The notes under the pieces: generated by a model | Seen by the model: the letters and a program-made list of their open reading frames with translations, nothing else | Told to the model about the DNA's origin: nothing | The model's database searches: none | Assembly: GCA_964247055.1 (NCBI GenBank) | Contig: OZ176057.1 | Location: 4,898,001-4,962,000, forward strand | Reading direction: 5' to 3' | DNA length: 64,000 nt | From: Paragordius varius | Taxonomy: Eukaryota > Animalia > Nematomorpha | Translations under genes and position numbers: made by a program | Part shown: in pieces, positions 50,301 to 61,629 of the stretch | Numbering within the stretch: position 1 is the stretch's first letter | Layout: the number at the start of each line of letters is the position of its first letter

Positions 50301-53300
50301 AGCAAATTTATATAGTAAAATATCAAAAAATATAGTAATTTTTGTCACAAAACATATTTTATTTTTACAGTGATTTTGTTTATTGAAGTATACATTTTAC
50401 AAAAAATATATATAGGGTGTAACATTTTTATGCCCTAAAATTAGGTCCAAAATCTATAAATTTCTTTAAATGGCACAAATATTTGGAAAAGGGTATTTTA
50501 TAACTAAACAAAAAAAGTTAGCTTAAATTATGATAATTAACTACTTTTTACTTAACACTTCATTACCTTTTCGCTTTTTGTCTTAGTTTACCTGAGGTAG
50601 TTTTATATCTAGAGCTCCATTTTGTAGTTAAACTAGAGTTTTAAAAGTTATTTTAATTATTATTAAAATATTGTTCTTAAGATTTAGATAGAAAGGCTTA
50701 TATTTTTTACAGTTTTGTGAATTTTACAGTCTAAAATTGGGCACTAGTCACAAGATTAAAACGAATAGCGGATATTAAAGTTAGTATAAACCTTTGACTC
50801 GTAAAATGTAGCCTGAAAGCTATCAAAAATAATTATTTACATTGTTTAACCAAAATATACAGTTTTTGCCTGTTGCAATAGCTATTTAAAATATAGAAAA
50901 AAATGAAAGTTTGAGATCTGTATTTTTTTACAATTTATCATATTTCACAAAAAAATTTTTTTTATATAATGCAAAGTCTATAAAGCATATTTTTTAATGT
51001 CTTATTGTCTTTAACATTTTAAGATATACAATTTTAAAATATAAAACTACCCTCCCCCCCCCCCCCCCCCCAAAAAAAAAGTAATGGAATCATTGAAGGA
51101 AAGTTTGGTTTGATAAAATGGTTTTTAGTTTATCAAAACATCATTTCATTTTTGTCAATATCATTATAATTTATTGATATATGTCTAAAAATATAATTTT
51201 TTACCTGAAGGCGTAGGATTTGTATATCGCACTGTATAAGGCGGTGTTGCTACAAAATAATATATAGAAAGTATATTTACAATAAAAGTTTAAAGCTATT
51301 TTTTATACAAGCTACCTTATTTTTGACCCTTAATTTTTTTAATAGAGTAGCTATTGTTTTTTGGTTACAGAAGAGGGAATAGAGATGTAAGTTGTTTTCA
51401 TTTATTATTGCCAAATAGCATATACCGCAAAGGGCAATATTATTGGCATATAGATATTTTTTCATTGTTTACTAAGCAGACTTGCGAAAAAAATTGTATT
51501 TAGTTTTTACATTTTTTCCGTATAATTTTAATATTAATGCAAATATTTTCAAAGTCATATAATATTTTGTTTAAAATTCCGAATAGTATATACAAAATAT
51601 TTTATATATACCTGGTTGAGGTGGAATATGCTTCGTATAATGCGTATTCCATGGCATTAAAACTAAAAAATGGATTAAATGACATAAAATTATTTGTGAT
51701 AAAGAAATTTTTTTGCAAAAATGGTAATATTTAAAATAGCTGTGATTTGGACCAACTCTAATATTCTTCTATGGCATTGTAACAGTATTTTTCGAAAAAC
51801 ATACAATTGAAATTATAACAAAACGTAAAAATATAAAGACAAATATTTTACTTAAATACAACCATACTTTTTTATCTCAAATTCTTTAAATATAAATCAT
51901 TGTTTCAAAATTCAAAGAGTAGAATAGGGATGTGTATTGGTAACACAATCAATCACATATTTCACGATTGTTATTAAATGATTTTAAAGCATTAATTAAG
52001 GCTTGTGGGTTGTCTTTGAAAAAAAAATGTCTTCATTCTACATTTTGTCCGTATAAATTCATTTTTTACTATATATTATATTTATATTTATATAATAAAA
52101 AATAAAAAGAGTTAAAGTATTTATCTAATTTAAAAATCAATTGGCTTTTTAATACAGGCGAAATTTGAAAAAAAACTCAAACTTATATCAAGTTTTCGTT
52201 CTATATACAAATTTAACCTTATTTAAAAATAAATTTTATAAAAAAATGTTAAAAAAAATCAACATACCAAAAGGGTTTGGAGATGGATACCAGGAATTAC
52301 CCCCATAATTGTTTGGGTAATAGCGCCCTTTATATTTTTCATGCTTATATCGTGAACTTTTTGTTTTAGTTTTTGCTTTTAGTTTTCGATTTATTTTGTT
52401 CAGAACTTCTGCAAATTCTATTTTTATTTATCAATGGAAATAATTAAATGAGAAAATATGTTTAATAATTAAATATATTTCTTTTAAAATTAAATTTTAG
52501 GGGCTTCGTCAGCATGAGGGGTGTGGATCATGAGTTGAGGGTGGATACATAGATGCCTAAATATATAATAATTGAAGGCAAACAGTAAAAATTGAAATTA
52601 TACGGACAAAAGGTAAAAATATAAAGACAAATATCTTTTTTCAAAAAACAACCATACTTTTTAAATCTTAATTTTTTTGAAATATAACTAGTAGTGGTAG
52701 ATATATATAAATTTGATATTTTACCATCGTTATGGTATAGCTTATAGAAAAAAAATTAGTGTTTGAAAATGGTTGTCTTTTGGAAAACAATATTTGTCTT
52801 TATAGTTTTACGTATTGCCCGTATAATTTCAAATTTTCCTGTAAAGTTTTTTTTTGAAAAAAATAAGGATGATATAAAAAACATATATAAATGTTGCTAA
52901 ATCACCCATATGGCTTCGTTTGTCCTCTTGATGGCGAGTGGCTGAAAAAAAAATAATTTACTAACCCTAGAGAGTAAGTATACTTTGCTAGAAAGTTATT
53001 AATCATTGCTAAATAGCCTATACTGCAGCAAAGAGAATTATTTTGGCTCATAATAGTAAAAAGTGAATAAAATAACTATAAGCCAATAATACTGCCCTTT
53101 GTTTCATATACTATTTGGCAATAATTAATAACTTTCTAGCAATGTATACTTACTCATACTGTAGATTAGAACTATAAATAAAATGTTGTATTTTTATATA
53201 TTTTAATGTTTTGTTTTTCATTTTTTAAGTTAAATTTAATAATTAATTACTTAAATACTTTTTTTGATTCAAACCCAAATCGTTTCTCTTTAAATCCAAA

Positions 53301-53973
53301 AATCAAACAATTTTAAGACCAATTAATTCCATATCGATATACAGATTGTTGCGGTGACTACTTATATCACGATGCGTAGCTAAAAATAAATGTTAATTAA
53401 TAATATATCATTCGATAGTTTAAGGCTTCAAGATAATGAATATCGAAATGATATATGCGGTTAAAATACAAAAAATTATTTTAATATTTATGTTATTGGC
53501 CAAAATTAGAAAAATCGCATTTTAATAGAATATTATGTTAAATTAAATACAATAAATGAAAACATTTCAACTAAACAAATATAGCATAAGGATAATTCAA
53601 AGCGCAAATTTTATCAAAAAAGATTTTACTTTTTTTCGGAAGGTCCGAGAAAGATTTATAAATTATTAAACTTAAAAAGACAATTTTTTAAAAAAGCATA
53701 CTTTGTTAAGCTTTTAATTGAAAATACTATTGAATATATAAATGATTTTGTTGTTAATTTACATATGTTGGTACTTTGCAATTATAAACATGGAAGTTTC
53801 AAATACGTTTGAAAATGCAGTTTTGAAAACAATATTTGTCTTTTGGTTATTATGCCATTTGTATAAAATCAATTTTTTATATATATTAATCAAGAGTTTA
53901 ACACATCTTAGCAGGCCGCATTTGAAATATATATGGGCACATATAAAAAATTTATTACCTTTCAAACATAAGA
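35993..53973 (-). CDS. Putative micro-exon gene encoding a Pro/Ser/Thr/basic low-complexity protein (first exon not identified; last exon tentative)
   Basis: Collinear AG...GT-bounded, 3n-length, phase 1-1, stop-free exons: 53973-53959, 52941-52906, 52417-52268, 51662-51612, 51249-51205, 49558-49520 (weaker), 47261-47238, 46469-46419, 43591-43544, 43452-43402, 41430-41386 and 40533-40489. Candidate terminal exon 36063-35993. Confidence 0.7.
36300..37280 (-). repeat. Family G repeat, inverted relative to 24240-25000
   Basis: See above; internal modular repeats (gggcctaatt, aaatattacccg). Confidence 0.75.
37470..37975 (+). mobile_element. LINE (RTE-like) AP-endonuclease relic
   Basis: DILSLTETK...RVMSIRLNTKPLKLTYIVVYAPT...VIIVGGDWNSKV. 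Confidence 0.85.
40489..40533 (-). CDS. 45-nt phase 1-1 exon, duplicate copy (xPTAIPPLRTVPPPR)
   Basis: aaaatag|gt cct aca ... cct aga c|gtaata. Confidence 0.7.
41386..41430 (-). CDS. 45-nt phase 1-1 exon, duplicate copy (xPRVIPPLSTSPPPR)
   Basis: gaaatag|gt cct aga ... cct aga c|gtatta. Confidence 0.7.
41766..42168 (+). mobile_element. TTAA-CACTT MITE family J
   Basis: TTAA|CACTTCATTACC ... AAAGTG|TTAA; related copies at 45728-46190, 49749-50230, 50552-51095, 42300-42780 (reverse), fragment near 62380-62640. Confidence 0.75.
43014..43216. mobile_element. Degenerate MITE family A
   Basis: tataccatttagagttcaaatt ... gagggtgaatttgaattgttcaagggtgaatt. Confidence 0.75.
43402..43452 (-). CDS. 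51-nt phase 1-1 exon (xILPLSTTRPSRRISFS)
   Basis: ggacag|ct att tta ... ttt tca g|gtagtt; separated from the previous exon by a 91-nt intron. Confidence 0.65.
43544..43591 (-). CDS. 48-nt phase 1-1 exon (xPPKTTSKPRLPVKPR)
   Basis: tttttatag|aa cca cca ... cca agg a|gtaaac. Confidence 0.7.
45326..45592. mobile_element. Highly degenerate MITE family A
   Basis: Internal sequence similar to other A copies; eroded termini. Confidence 0.6.
46419..46469 (-). CDS. 51-nt phase 1-1 exon (xKSVSTLLPQINLRHPL)
   Basis: ctttctttcgttag|tg aag tct ... cct tta a|gtaatt. Confidence 0.65.
46777..47085. repeat. Family F inverted arms without clear termini
   Basis: ttttcaagcaaatgcaaca units at 46780-46930, inverted units at 46975-47080. 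Confidence 0.75.
47238..47261 (-). CDS. 24-nt phase 1-1 micro-exon (xPLKPIPP)
   Basis: tttctag|gt ccc ctc aag cca ata cca cca g|gtatta. Confidence 0.7.
48727..49101. mobile_element. MITE family A (near-consensus) nested in the left arm of a family B MITE
   Basis: Perfect TATACCATTTACAGTTCAAATTCACCCTTAAACAATTCAAATTCACCC inverted termini. Confidence 0.93.
49520..49558 (-). CDS. 39-nt candidate phase 1-1 exon (xIQIPYPEPLKHH)
   Basis: aaatag|ca ata cag att cct tat cca gag cct tta aaa cac cat a|gtcaaa; the donor is weaker than the others. Confidence 0.45.
51205..51249 (-). CDS. 45-nt phase 1-1 exon (xTPPYTVRYTNPTPS)
   Basis: ttattttgtag|ca aca ccg ... cct tca g|gtaaaa. Confidence 0.72.
51612..51662 (-). 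CDS. 51-nt phase 1-1 exon (xLMPWNTHYTKHIPPQP)
   Basis: ttttttag|tt tta atg ... caa cca g|gtatat. Confidence 0.72.
52268..52417 (-). CDS. 150-nt phase 1-1 exon (xFAEVLNKINRKLKAKTKTKSSRYKHEKYKGRYYPNNYGGNSWYPSPNPF)
   Basis: aaaatag| 49 open codons g|gtatgt; strong donor. Confidence 0.75.
52583..52843. mobile_element. MITE family B, representative copy; TA-CAGT termini, Tc1/mariner-like
   Basis: About 80-bp TIR cagtaaaaattgaaattatacggacaaaa...gacaaccatactttt. Many other full or partial copies, e.g. 1307-1570, 10908-11170, 18805-19035, 32578-32830, 47700-47955, 48300-48590, 51805-52070, 57325-57590, 59064-59268. Confidence 0.85.
52906..52941 (-). CDS. 36-nt exon (xTRHQEDKRSHM in phase 1; open in all three frames)
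   Basis: ttttttttcag|cc act cgc cat caa gag gac aaa cga agc cat atg g|gtgatt. Confidence 0.62.
52975..53163. mobile_element. MITE family L (TACAGTATGAGTAAGTA termini)
   Basis: Palindromic arms gagtaagtatactttgctagaaagttatt / aataactttctagcaatgtatacttactc; similar copies near 40015-40195, 51330-51470, 19200-19410, 7310-7400. Confidence 0.72.
53959..53973 (-). CDS. 15-nt micro-exon (xLCLK)
   Basis: tttcgtag|tc tta tgt ttg aaa g|gtaata. Confidence 0.5.
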
Positions 53974-53996
53974 CTACGAAATGAAAAAACGGAATG

Positions 53997-55476
53997 TATA
54001 CCATTTTTCATGCAAAAACATAATTTTTTCAACCAAATGCAACATTTTTTCAACCAAACTCAACATTTTTTCAAGCAAATGCAACATTTTTTCAAGCAAA
54101 GACAACATTTTTTCGAGCAAACTCAACATTTTTTCAAGCAAACGCAACATTTTTTCAAGCAAAGACAACATTTTTTCGAGCAAACGCAACATTTTTTCAA
54201 GCAAAGACAACAATTTTTCAATCAAACGCAACATTTTTTCAAGCAAAGACAACAATTTTTCAAGCAAACGCAACATTTTTTCAAGCAAAGACAAAATTTT
54301 TTCATCCAAACGCAACATTTTTTCAAGCAAAAACAACAATTTTTTTTAAAAAAAAAACCATTTTCTTTATCTTAAGATATAAATTTAAAGTTAATGTAAA
54401 TTAATTTTAAACTAGAATTATGATATTTATTGTTTTATCATCAATATTTGATGGTAAGATTGATTTTCAACATTTTAATTTAGCCCATAAATTGCATTAT
54501 TTATTTATATTAATATTTTTTTCTTTTACAACATAAGTTTCACCTAAATCTATAGTGCGCTTCAAGATTGTTTTTTTAAATTTAAATTTAGTCCTAGAAT
54601 TCAAGTTGATCCTTCAATATTTTAATTTTGATTTTAACGTTTATTTATGAGGCAATAAAATATTCATTATTCAATCATTTAAACCTAATTTTTATATTTA
54701 ACCTAAACCTTTAAGTGAATCCATTTCTTTCATAAGAACCGTATATCCTTATTATTCTCTATAAATTAATATTAAAAAATATCTACGTTTTGTGGGTTAT
54801 TGAGGTAATATCTAGTTTAAAACAATAATTCATTTATAATATTGATAAATTAATGAAAATTTTCAAACAAAGTTGTTTTACTATGAAAATATTAATTTTG
54901 ATTCAAAAACTAATAAATAGAGATATTAGTTTAAATTAAAAATAGATAATTACACACAAAAATAACGGTTGTATGGAAACTGCAAAAAATGTAAGGAATT
55001 TTAAGCGAGGGATAACTTTAAATTTTTAAAGAGAGTCTTAAAGCTCAAATTTGATTGATATAAAAAATATTTATAAATAAATAATGCAATTTAAGGGCTA
55101 AATTGAAATGTTTGAAAATCAATCATACCAAATATTGATGATAAAACAATAAAAATCATAATTCTAGTTTAAAATTAGTTTACATTAACTTTAAATTTAT
55201 GTTTTAAAATAAAGAAAATGGTTTTTTATTTTAAAAAAATTGTTGTTTTTGCTTGAAAAAATGTTGTCGTTGGTTGAAAAAATGTTTCGTTTGGATGAAA
55301 AAATGTTGTCCTTGGTTGAAAAAATGTTGTCTTTGCTTGAAAAAATGTTGCGTTTGCTCGAAAAAATGTTGTCTTTGCTTGAAAAAATGTGCGTTTGCTT
55401 GAAAAAATGTTGAGTTTGGTTAAAAAAATGTTGCATTTGGTTGAAAAAATGATGTTTTTGCATAAAAAATGGTATA
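53997..55476. mobile_element. Foldback-type element (family F), 1480 bp, long inverted arms built of 21-bp tandem repeats
   Basis: Ends TATACCATTTT...AAAATGGTATA; unit ttttttcaagcaaacgcaaca repeated at 54010-54350 and inverted at 55220-55460; the non-repetitive inverted arm continues to about 54486 / 55095. Confidence 0.88.
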
Positions 55477-55970
55477 ACAACTTTTTTTGTTTTTGTTATA
55501 TGGATAGTATTTGGAAAAAAAGTTTAAGATTAGGGAATTTTAATCAGATTTTATGAGCATATGTCTTTGCAAATTATAAATTCCAATTTTTTTGCAGGGC
55601 GCGTGTTGGAAAACCCTAGTTTTAAACTGTATGAAAGTATAAGTAACATTAATCATTAAATTCCATATACCAAAATCAACAAAATCTTCCGCGTCAATTA
55701 AAAAATTGGTAAATTTAACTGTTTTTAAAGAGAATTTAAAAAACAGAAATTCTTTAACCTGCAACAGTTTTTTATGAGAAAAATATGTAATCGGTCCCAC
55801 TCATGACTTTTCAAGCAGTTTGAAATGTATATTCTTTCGATTTTCAAATCGAATTCGCCTCAAAAATATTTAATAACTTTAACAGTAATAATTTTTTGGC
55901 CTTAAGATAAAATATACTAATTCCAATTTTAATAAGGACTAATTTTTTCTATATTATTTTAAAACCATTA

Positions 55971-56730
55971 TATAACATTTAAAGTTCGAATTCACCCTCG
56001 AACAATTCAAATTCGCCCTAAAAATTTTTAAATAAATATTACCTATATTTGTAAGTAAACTAATACTGGAAAAATAATAAACTATGCAATAATGATATTT
56101 TTCAATTAACACTTCGATTCAAATTGGGGTATCTAAACACCCCAGACTAAATTTAAATTAAAATATCTAAAAAACTACTGAAAGAAACGGTCCCAATTTA
56201 AATTTATGCTTCTATCATAATAAAAATTATATAAATATGCCAAACATGTCAAATTCGACGCCATTTTTATTTTACAAAATTTTTGCAAAATATCGTCTTC
56301 ATTTAATTTTAAGGGTAAAATTTAAGCTGTTTTTTTATTTAAATTACATCTAACATTGATAAAAATAGGAAAGCGGCTTATTTTGTATTATTTTTCAATT
56401 TTACCTTGCATATATGTCACGTTTTTTACCTTTCGGTTTTAGCTTAAAATAAGTAATATCAAGTATTTTTGAATAAAATTTTTCATACATTCCGGTTTAT
56501 TAATGTTATATAAGTGTAAAATTTTGCCGTGGTAGGATTCCTTCCATATTTTTTAAAGAATTTATTTTTAAACAGGCCTGGGGTATTTAACTACCCCAAT
56601 TTGAATTGAAGGACTAAAATAATGTATTGTATCCAAGTGTTAATAAGAATAATGTTTGTTCGAAAACACATGGTTTATTTTTAGGGTGAATTTGAATTGT
56701 TCAAGGGTGAATTTGAACTGTAATGGTATA
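55971..56730. mobile_element. MITE family A interrupted by a family D element
   Basis: A left part at 55971-56105 and right part at 56644-56730. Confidence 0.85.
56106..56643 (-). mobile_element. piggyBac-like MITE family D
   Basis: TTAA on both sides, reverse orientation. Confidence 0.88.
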
Positions 56731-58448
56731 TATATATATAGCTCTTAGTTTCCAAATTTAAATATTAAACAGTATCTAAGAAATATTTGGTGAGTAAAAA
56801 TGACTAAGGATTATTACCACTACTCTACATTTTTATAAACAAATTAACTATACTTTTTATTTGGCCTAGAGTTACTTTTTGCGTTTCTTTATATTTAATT
56901 AGAATAGCGCTTAGGCGCAAAACTATCCCAAAAGATTATGAATTTTGCTTTTAATATAATTGGTGTGTATTTTAATAAAAAAATAGTGAGAATATGGTAG
57001 CATAAGCTTTTTGACTTCAATTTAACTGAAACATTTTTATCCTTTACCAATAATTCATTTAATAATATCAAACAGTGGCGTAATTAGAGGGCGGGTGCAA
57101 GAAATGCCAGCTACGCCTGAAACTATAATAAAATACCTTTAGGCGTTTCAAAATGCAAGTCTTTAATTTTTGTAAAATAAGTATTTCCATTTAACAAAAA
57201 ATTATTGCGTTAACAAATGCAGAATCATATAATTTATTTGGATATAATTGTAGGAGAGTATATTTTTTATCTATTGCGATTCTCAATAGGATGATTACAA
57301 AATATTCGAACGATATTACTAACTACGGTAAAAATTCACATTATACGGACAAAATGTAAAAATATGAAGATAAATATTTTTTGCAAAAGACAACCACACT
57401 TTTTAATTCCTAATTTTTCCAATATAAATTATTTAATTACAATCGTAAAATATATAATTGATTGTTTACCATAATACATCGCTTATTCATATACCTTGCA
57501 TTTTTAAACAAGCATTTATATTTTTAAAAAGTTATTAAGAAAAAAATATTTGCCTTTATATTACGTTTTGTCCGCATAACAATTTTTACTAATTAACGTT
57601 CTTATTTTTTTAGCCAAATTAAAAATAATGAATTCTACGGAAATTTAGAATAAAAATATCAAAAATGGAAATATAATGTTATTATTGATAAAATATATTA
57701 GTAATTCATAAAATACTGCATAAAAAATAAAAATTTATACTTACATTAAATAATAAATCAAAAGTTTTATGCCAATAAATTGAGCTAATTAAGTTACAAA
57801 ATTATAGTTTAAACCCTAGAAAAAATCAAACATTTTTTGTCTAATATTGCATTATGTGTTTTTAATAAAATATTAATTAAAAGGTGTAAGAATATAAAAA
57901 AAATTATTAAAAAAATTTTTAAAAATATAATTTAAATTTTAGGAGATAATAAAATATTTCATGTGAAATTTTTTTTAAATTAACCCCAATCATTAAATAG
58001 TATTAGTTAGTACCTACCTGCATCTCGAATATGATGTCAATAAACTTATGTCAAAATTATCACATAAAAGAAAAAAAATTGTGATATACGTGTAAGCCTA
58101 AAGGTCTAAAAAATAATAAATATTTAAAGGAGAGAATATTTTTAAAATTTTTTACTCATAATATATATATACAATATGGAATTTGCAGAATATTTAAGGC
58201 CTGAGGGATCATTAATTATGGGAACATTGTATTAAATCAAAAAAGATTTTTAAAGAAATATAAAATGAAATACAGTAAAAATCGTAATTATACGGACACA
58301 ACGGAATAATATAACGATAAATATTTTTTTCTAAAAGGCAGGCAACCATACTTTTTGAACCTTTATTTTTCCTGTATAATATAATACATAATTGATAGTG
58401 TGACTAATTTGCGTCGCTATTTAATACTGGCATTGTAAAACCATGAGT

Positions 58449-58797
58449 TATACCATTTAAAATTTAATTCACACTTAAACAATTCAAATTTACCCTTGAA
58501 TTTAAATTTCCCCTCGACCAATTTAAATTTCCCCTCGAACAATTTAAATTCACCCTTGAACAATCCTTGAAGAATTCAAATTCACCCTAAAAATAATTTT
58601 ACCCCAATAATAATTTAATTCATTAATATAAAATTTATGTTTATGACTTAGTTTATTATTATTTCAGTATTATATTAATTTTTAACGAAATTTCATTTTT
58701 TAAAAATATAAAAAAAATACATTTAATCTTAAAAAATATATAATTTATTTGAGGGTAAATTAAAATGTTTTATGGTGAATTTGAATTGTAGATGGTA
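58449..58797. mobile_element. MITE family A
   Basis: tataccatttaaaattt, subrepeat array, ggtgaatttgaattgtagatggta. Confidence 0.8.
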
Positions 58798-60813
58798 AAT
58801 ATATACCTCATGCGTTTGAAACGAAAAATTTTTGGCCTGTTAATAATAATAATAATAGTCAGTGAGTTAGGAATATATGATAATAATTAGAAATAATTGT
58901 ATTTAAGTAAAAATCCAATTAATTATATATACCTAACATTTTTGCCTGTTAAAATTTTTTAACAATTTAATGATAAATTATCCCAAATATATACTTATGA
59001 TTAGAGACTATATGTTTTAGTTCATAATTAACATTACCTTTTACGAAAAATATATTTTAATAAAAATTGAAAATATATGGACAATACCTAAAAATAAAAA
59101 GACAAATATTTTTTAAAAAAAAACCCCTTGTTTTTTAAATCTTGTTTTTTTTAAATATAACTCAGTGTTTTGACCTGTTTTGGTAACACAATCATTATGT
59201 ATTTTTGATTTCATTTAAACAATTTTTAATTTAGGTTTTAAAAAGTAGGGTTGTTTTATCAAAAGAATTTCGTCTTTATATGCCCTTATAATTTCAATTT
59301 TTACAGTAAATTTGCTGTAGTTAAATTTGATTTTGATATATAATTTTACAGTTTAATATAGCGAAACAGTTTCAAAAATATTAGCGCTTTAAAGTTTGAG
59401 ATAAGGATTTCATGAAATTTTATTTTTTACAATGCGTTTAAGCCATAGTATGCAATTTAAATTTATTTTATAAACTTATACATTTAAAAAATTCGTTCTC
59501 GCCAAAAAGTATATATTTTTGGGCCAACATTATAATTATCAAGTGTTTATAAACCTTTTTTTATACAATATTTTCTAAAATAAAAACACTTATCAATCCA
59601 TATTCACCCTAAAAAGGATTATAATATATTTACTAAAAGTCGGTAAAATTAAAATTATGCGTAAAACATTACTTATAATTAACTTTAACATGAACCTGTG
59701 TTAACCCGGTTTTTTTATATAATTTGATTTGAAAAAACAGGAAATTTTGATTCTAGTAATTCTTCTCATATAAAGCTCATATCAATTTGTTAAAGAAATA
59801 TAAATAATTGTGTAGTAGCTAAATGCTAATAGAAGAATATCAAAATTTAACATTTTCTAGGACCGTTTTGGAATTTTTTGATTCGTTATTTTAAAGAAAC
59901 AAATATTTTAGAACATTCTGCAAGGATATCAAAATGTTAATCAAAATATTCATATTTGGATTTAAATGCAATCCAATATTATTGTGTCACAATACTTTAA
60001 ACCGTTAAAATCCCATTATAAATTTTTTTGGCTACCAATTATATCTAATCTAAATTGAAAAAAGATTTGTTTGTTTGTAGATTTTAGAGCAGGGGCATTT
60101 AACATGCTGCACGGGAACAGTAATTTTGTATTTTGAGATTAAATTTCATAGAGTACTATCGTGTATTTGAGGTGAATTAATGTTATACAACAATCATCCA
60201 AAAATTTCTTAGAAAAAAACCGTATTTTAGAAAATATATCCAAGTTAATGTGTTATAATGTAGTGTTAAATTTTTATGACATTCACATAATATGGAGTCA
60301 AATTTTGTTAATTCACTTTTACGAAAGGAGAATAAACGAACAATTATCTTTTTCTATACTCCTAAATCAATAAAAAATCTCTCATTCAATTACAAAAGAT
60401 TCTTTAGGATTAATTTTCATCGAATTTTTAATGAAAAATAATGATTCACCAGATAAAAGCAGTTTTTTGGTTAAAGAAAATTTTTTTAAATGTAAGTTTT
60501 TTTGGAAATTTCCGCTTTAAGTTTTTATGTATAAACCTACAATGGTAATTTAAAATTGGCATTAAATATCTTAATATCAGATGAACATTCCATCAATTTT
60601 TTAATATATATGGATAGATTATATTAATAATATTCATACAATTTAGTTTGCGTACGTTTTTTCAAGCAAAAAAATTTCAGGTCAAAGTTCTATTGACGCT
60701 TCCCCTGTGTTAGTAGTATATAAAAATGCGCTAAGGCCAAAGGCAAGTAAGTTTTCTAATGAATTGCAAAATTTTTCATTGTGGGTATGTGCTACTTCAT
60801 AAAACTGCCTCAT

Positions 60814-61343
60814 TTAACCCTAGGATACAACGCATTCATTTCCGTCCTTCGATTCAAATTGGGGTAGTTACCCAAAACTTTAAAATTAAATATTTTAAAA
60901 AACATGGAATAAATTAAAACCACTGCAAAAATTTGCACTTATAAAAATATTAGTGAATCTAAATAAAAATTATTCAAAAATACTTGATATGACTTATTGA
61001 GAGGCGAAACCCATAGGTCAAAATTTAGCCAACTGACGTGTGCATAAGCTAAATTTTAAAATAATATATACCACTTTTTCTGTTTATATCAATGTGTATT
61101 TTATTTAAAAAAAATAAACTTAATTTTCGGCTTAACAAATAAATACGATATTTTACAAAAATGTTGTAAACTAAAAATGGCGCCCAAGTAAGTTTATCGG
61201 AAATTATTTTCTTATTTTGGTATAATCATATGATTAGAAGCATATATATATAAATTGGAACCGTTATTTTTAGTAGTATGTTTAAAATATTAACTTAAAT
61301 AGTGTCCAGGTTTTAAATACCCCGATTCAAATTAAAGTGTTAA
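60814..61343 (+). mobile_element. piggyBac-like MITE family D
   Basis: TTAA|CCCTAGGATACAA ... AAAGTG|TTAA. Confidence 0.82.
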
Positions 61344-61629
61344 CCATAATTATGGCTAATATGAAAATGAATGCTGTATGGCAAACTATAGAGTCTTAGG
61401 AATAAAATAAAATCTCAAAAATTATAATTTTGAGTGTGCAACCACAAAATTAAATTCTTGAAACTTTTCTGTTGTATTTTGCATGTCTATGTATATGTGT
61501 TTGGACAAATATTATATTCAGTTTAATTATTTATCCTAAAATTGTGATAAAATAACTACTAATCGATTACTCATTGATTTCGTTTAAATATTTACAGTTC
61601 ATGTTGGCAATTATGTCTTGTTATCTTTT

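Noticed and set aside
53974-55480. Periodic ORFs (LLEKMLR..., IFSSKRN..., HFFKQTQ...) in the ORF track
   Set aside because: They are by-products of the stop-free 21-nt repeat of the foldback arms; open in several frames on both strands, with no coding signal.
59782-59853. Signal-peptide-like minus-strand ORF MLNFDILLLAFSYYTIIYISLTN* as first exon of the micro-exon gene
   Set aside because: No GT donor before the stop; hydrophobic strings arise easily in T-rich DNA.
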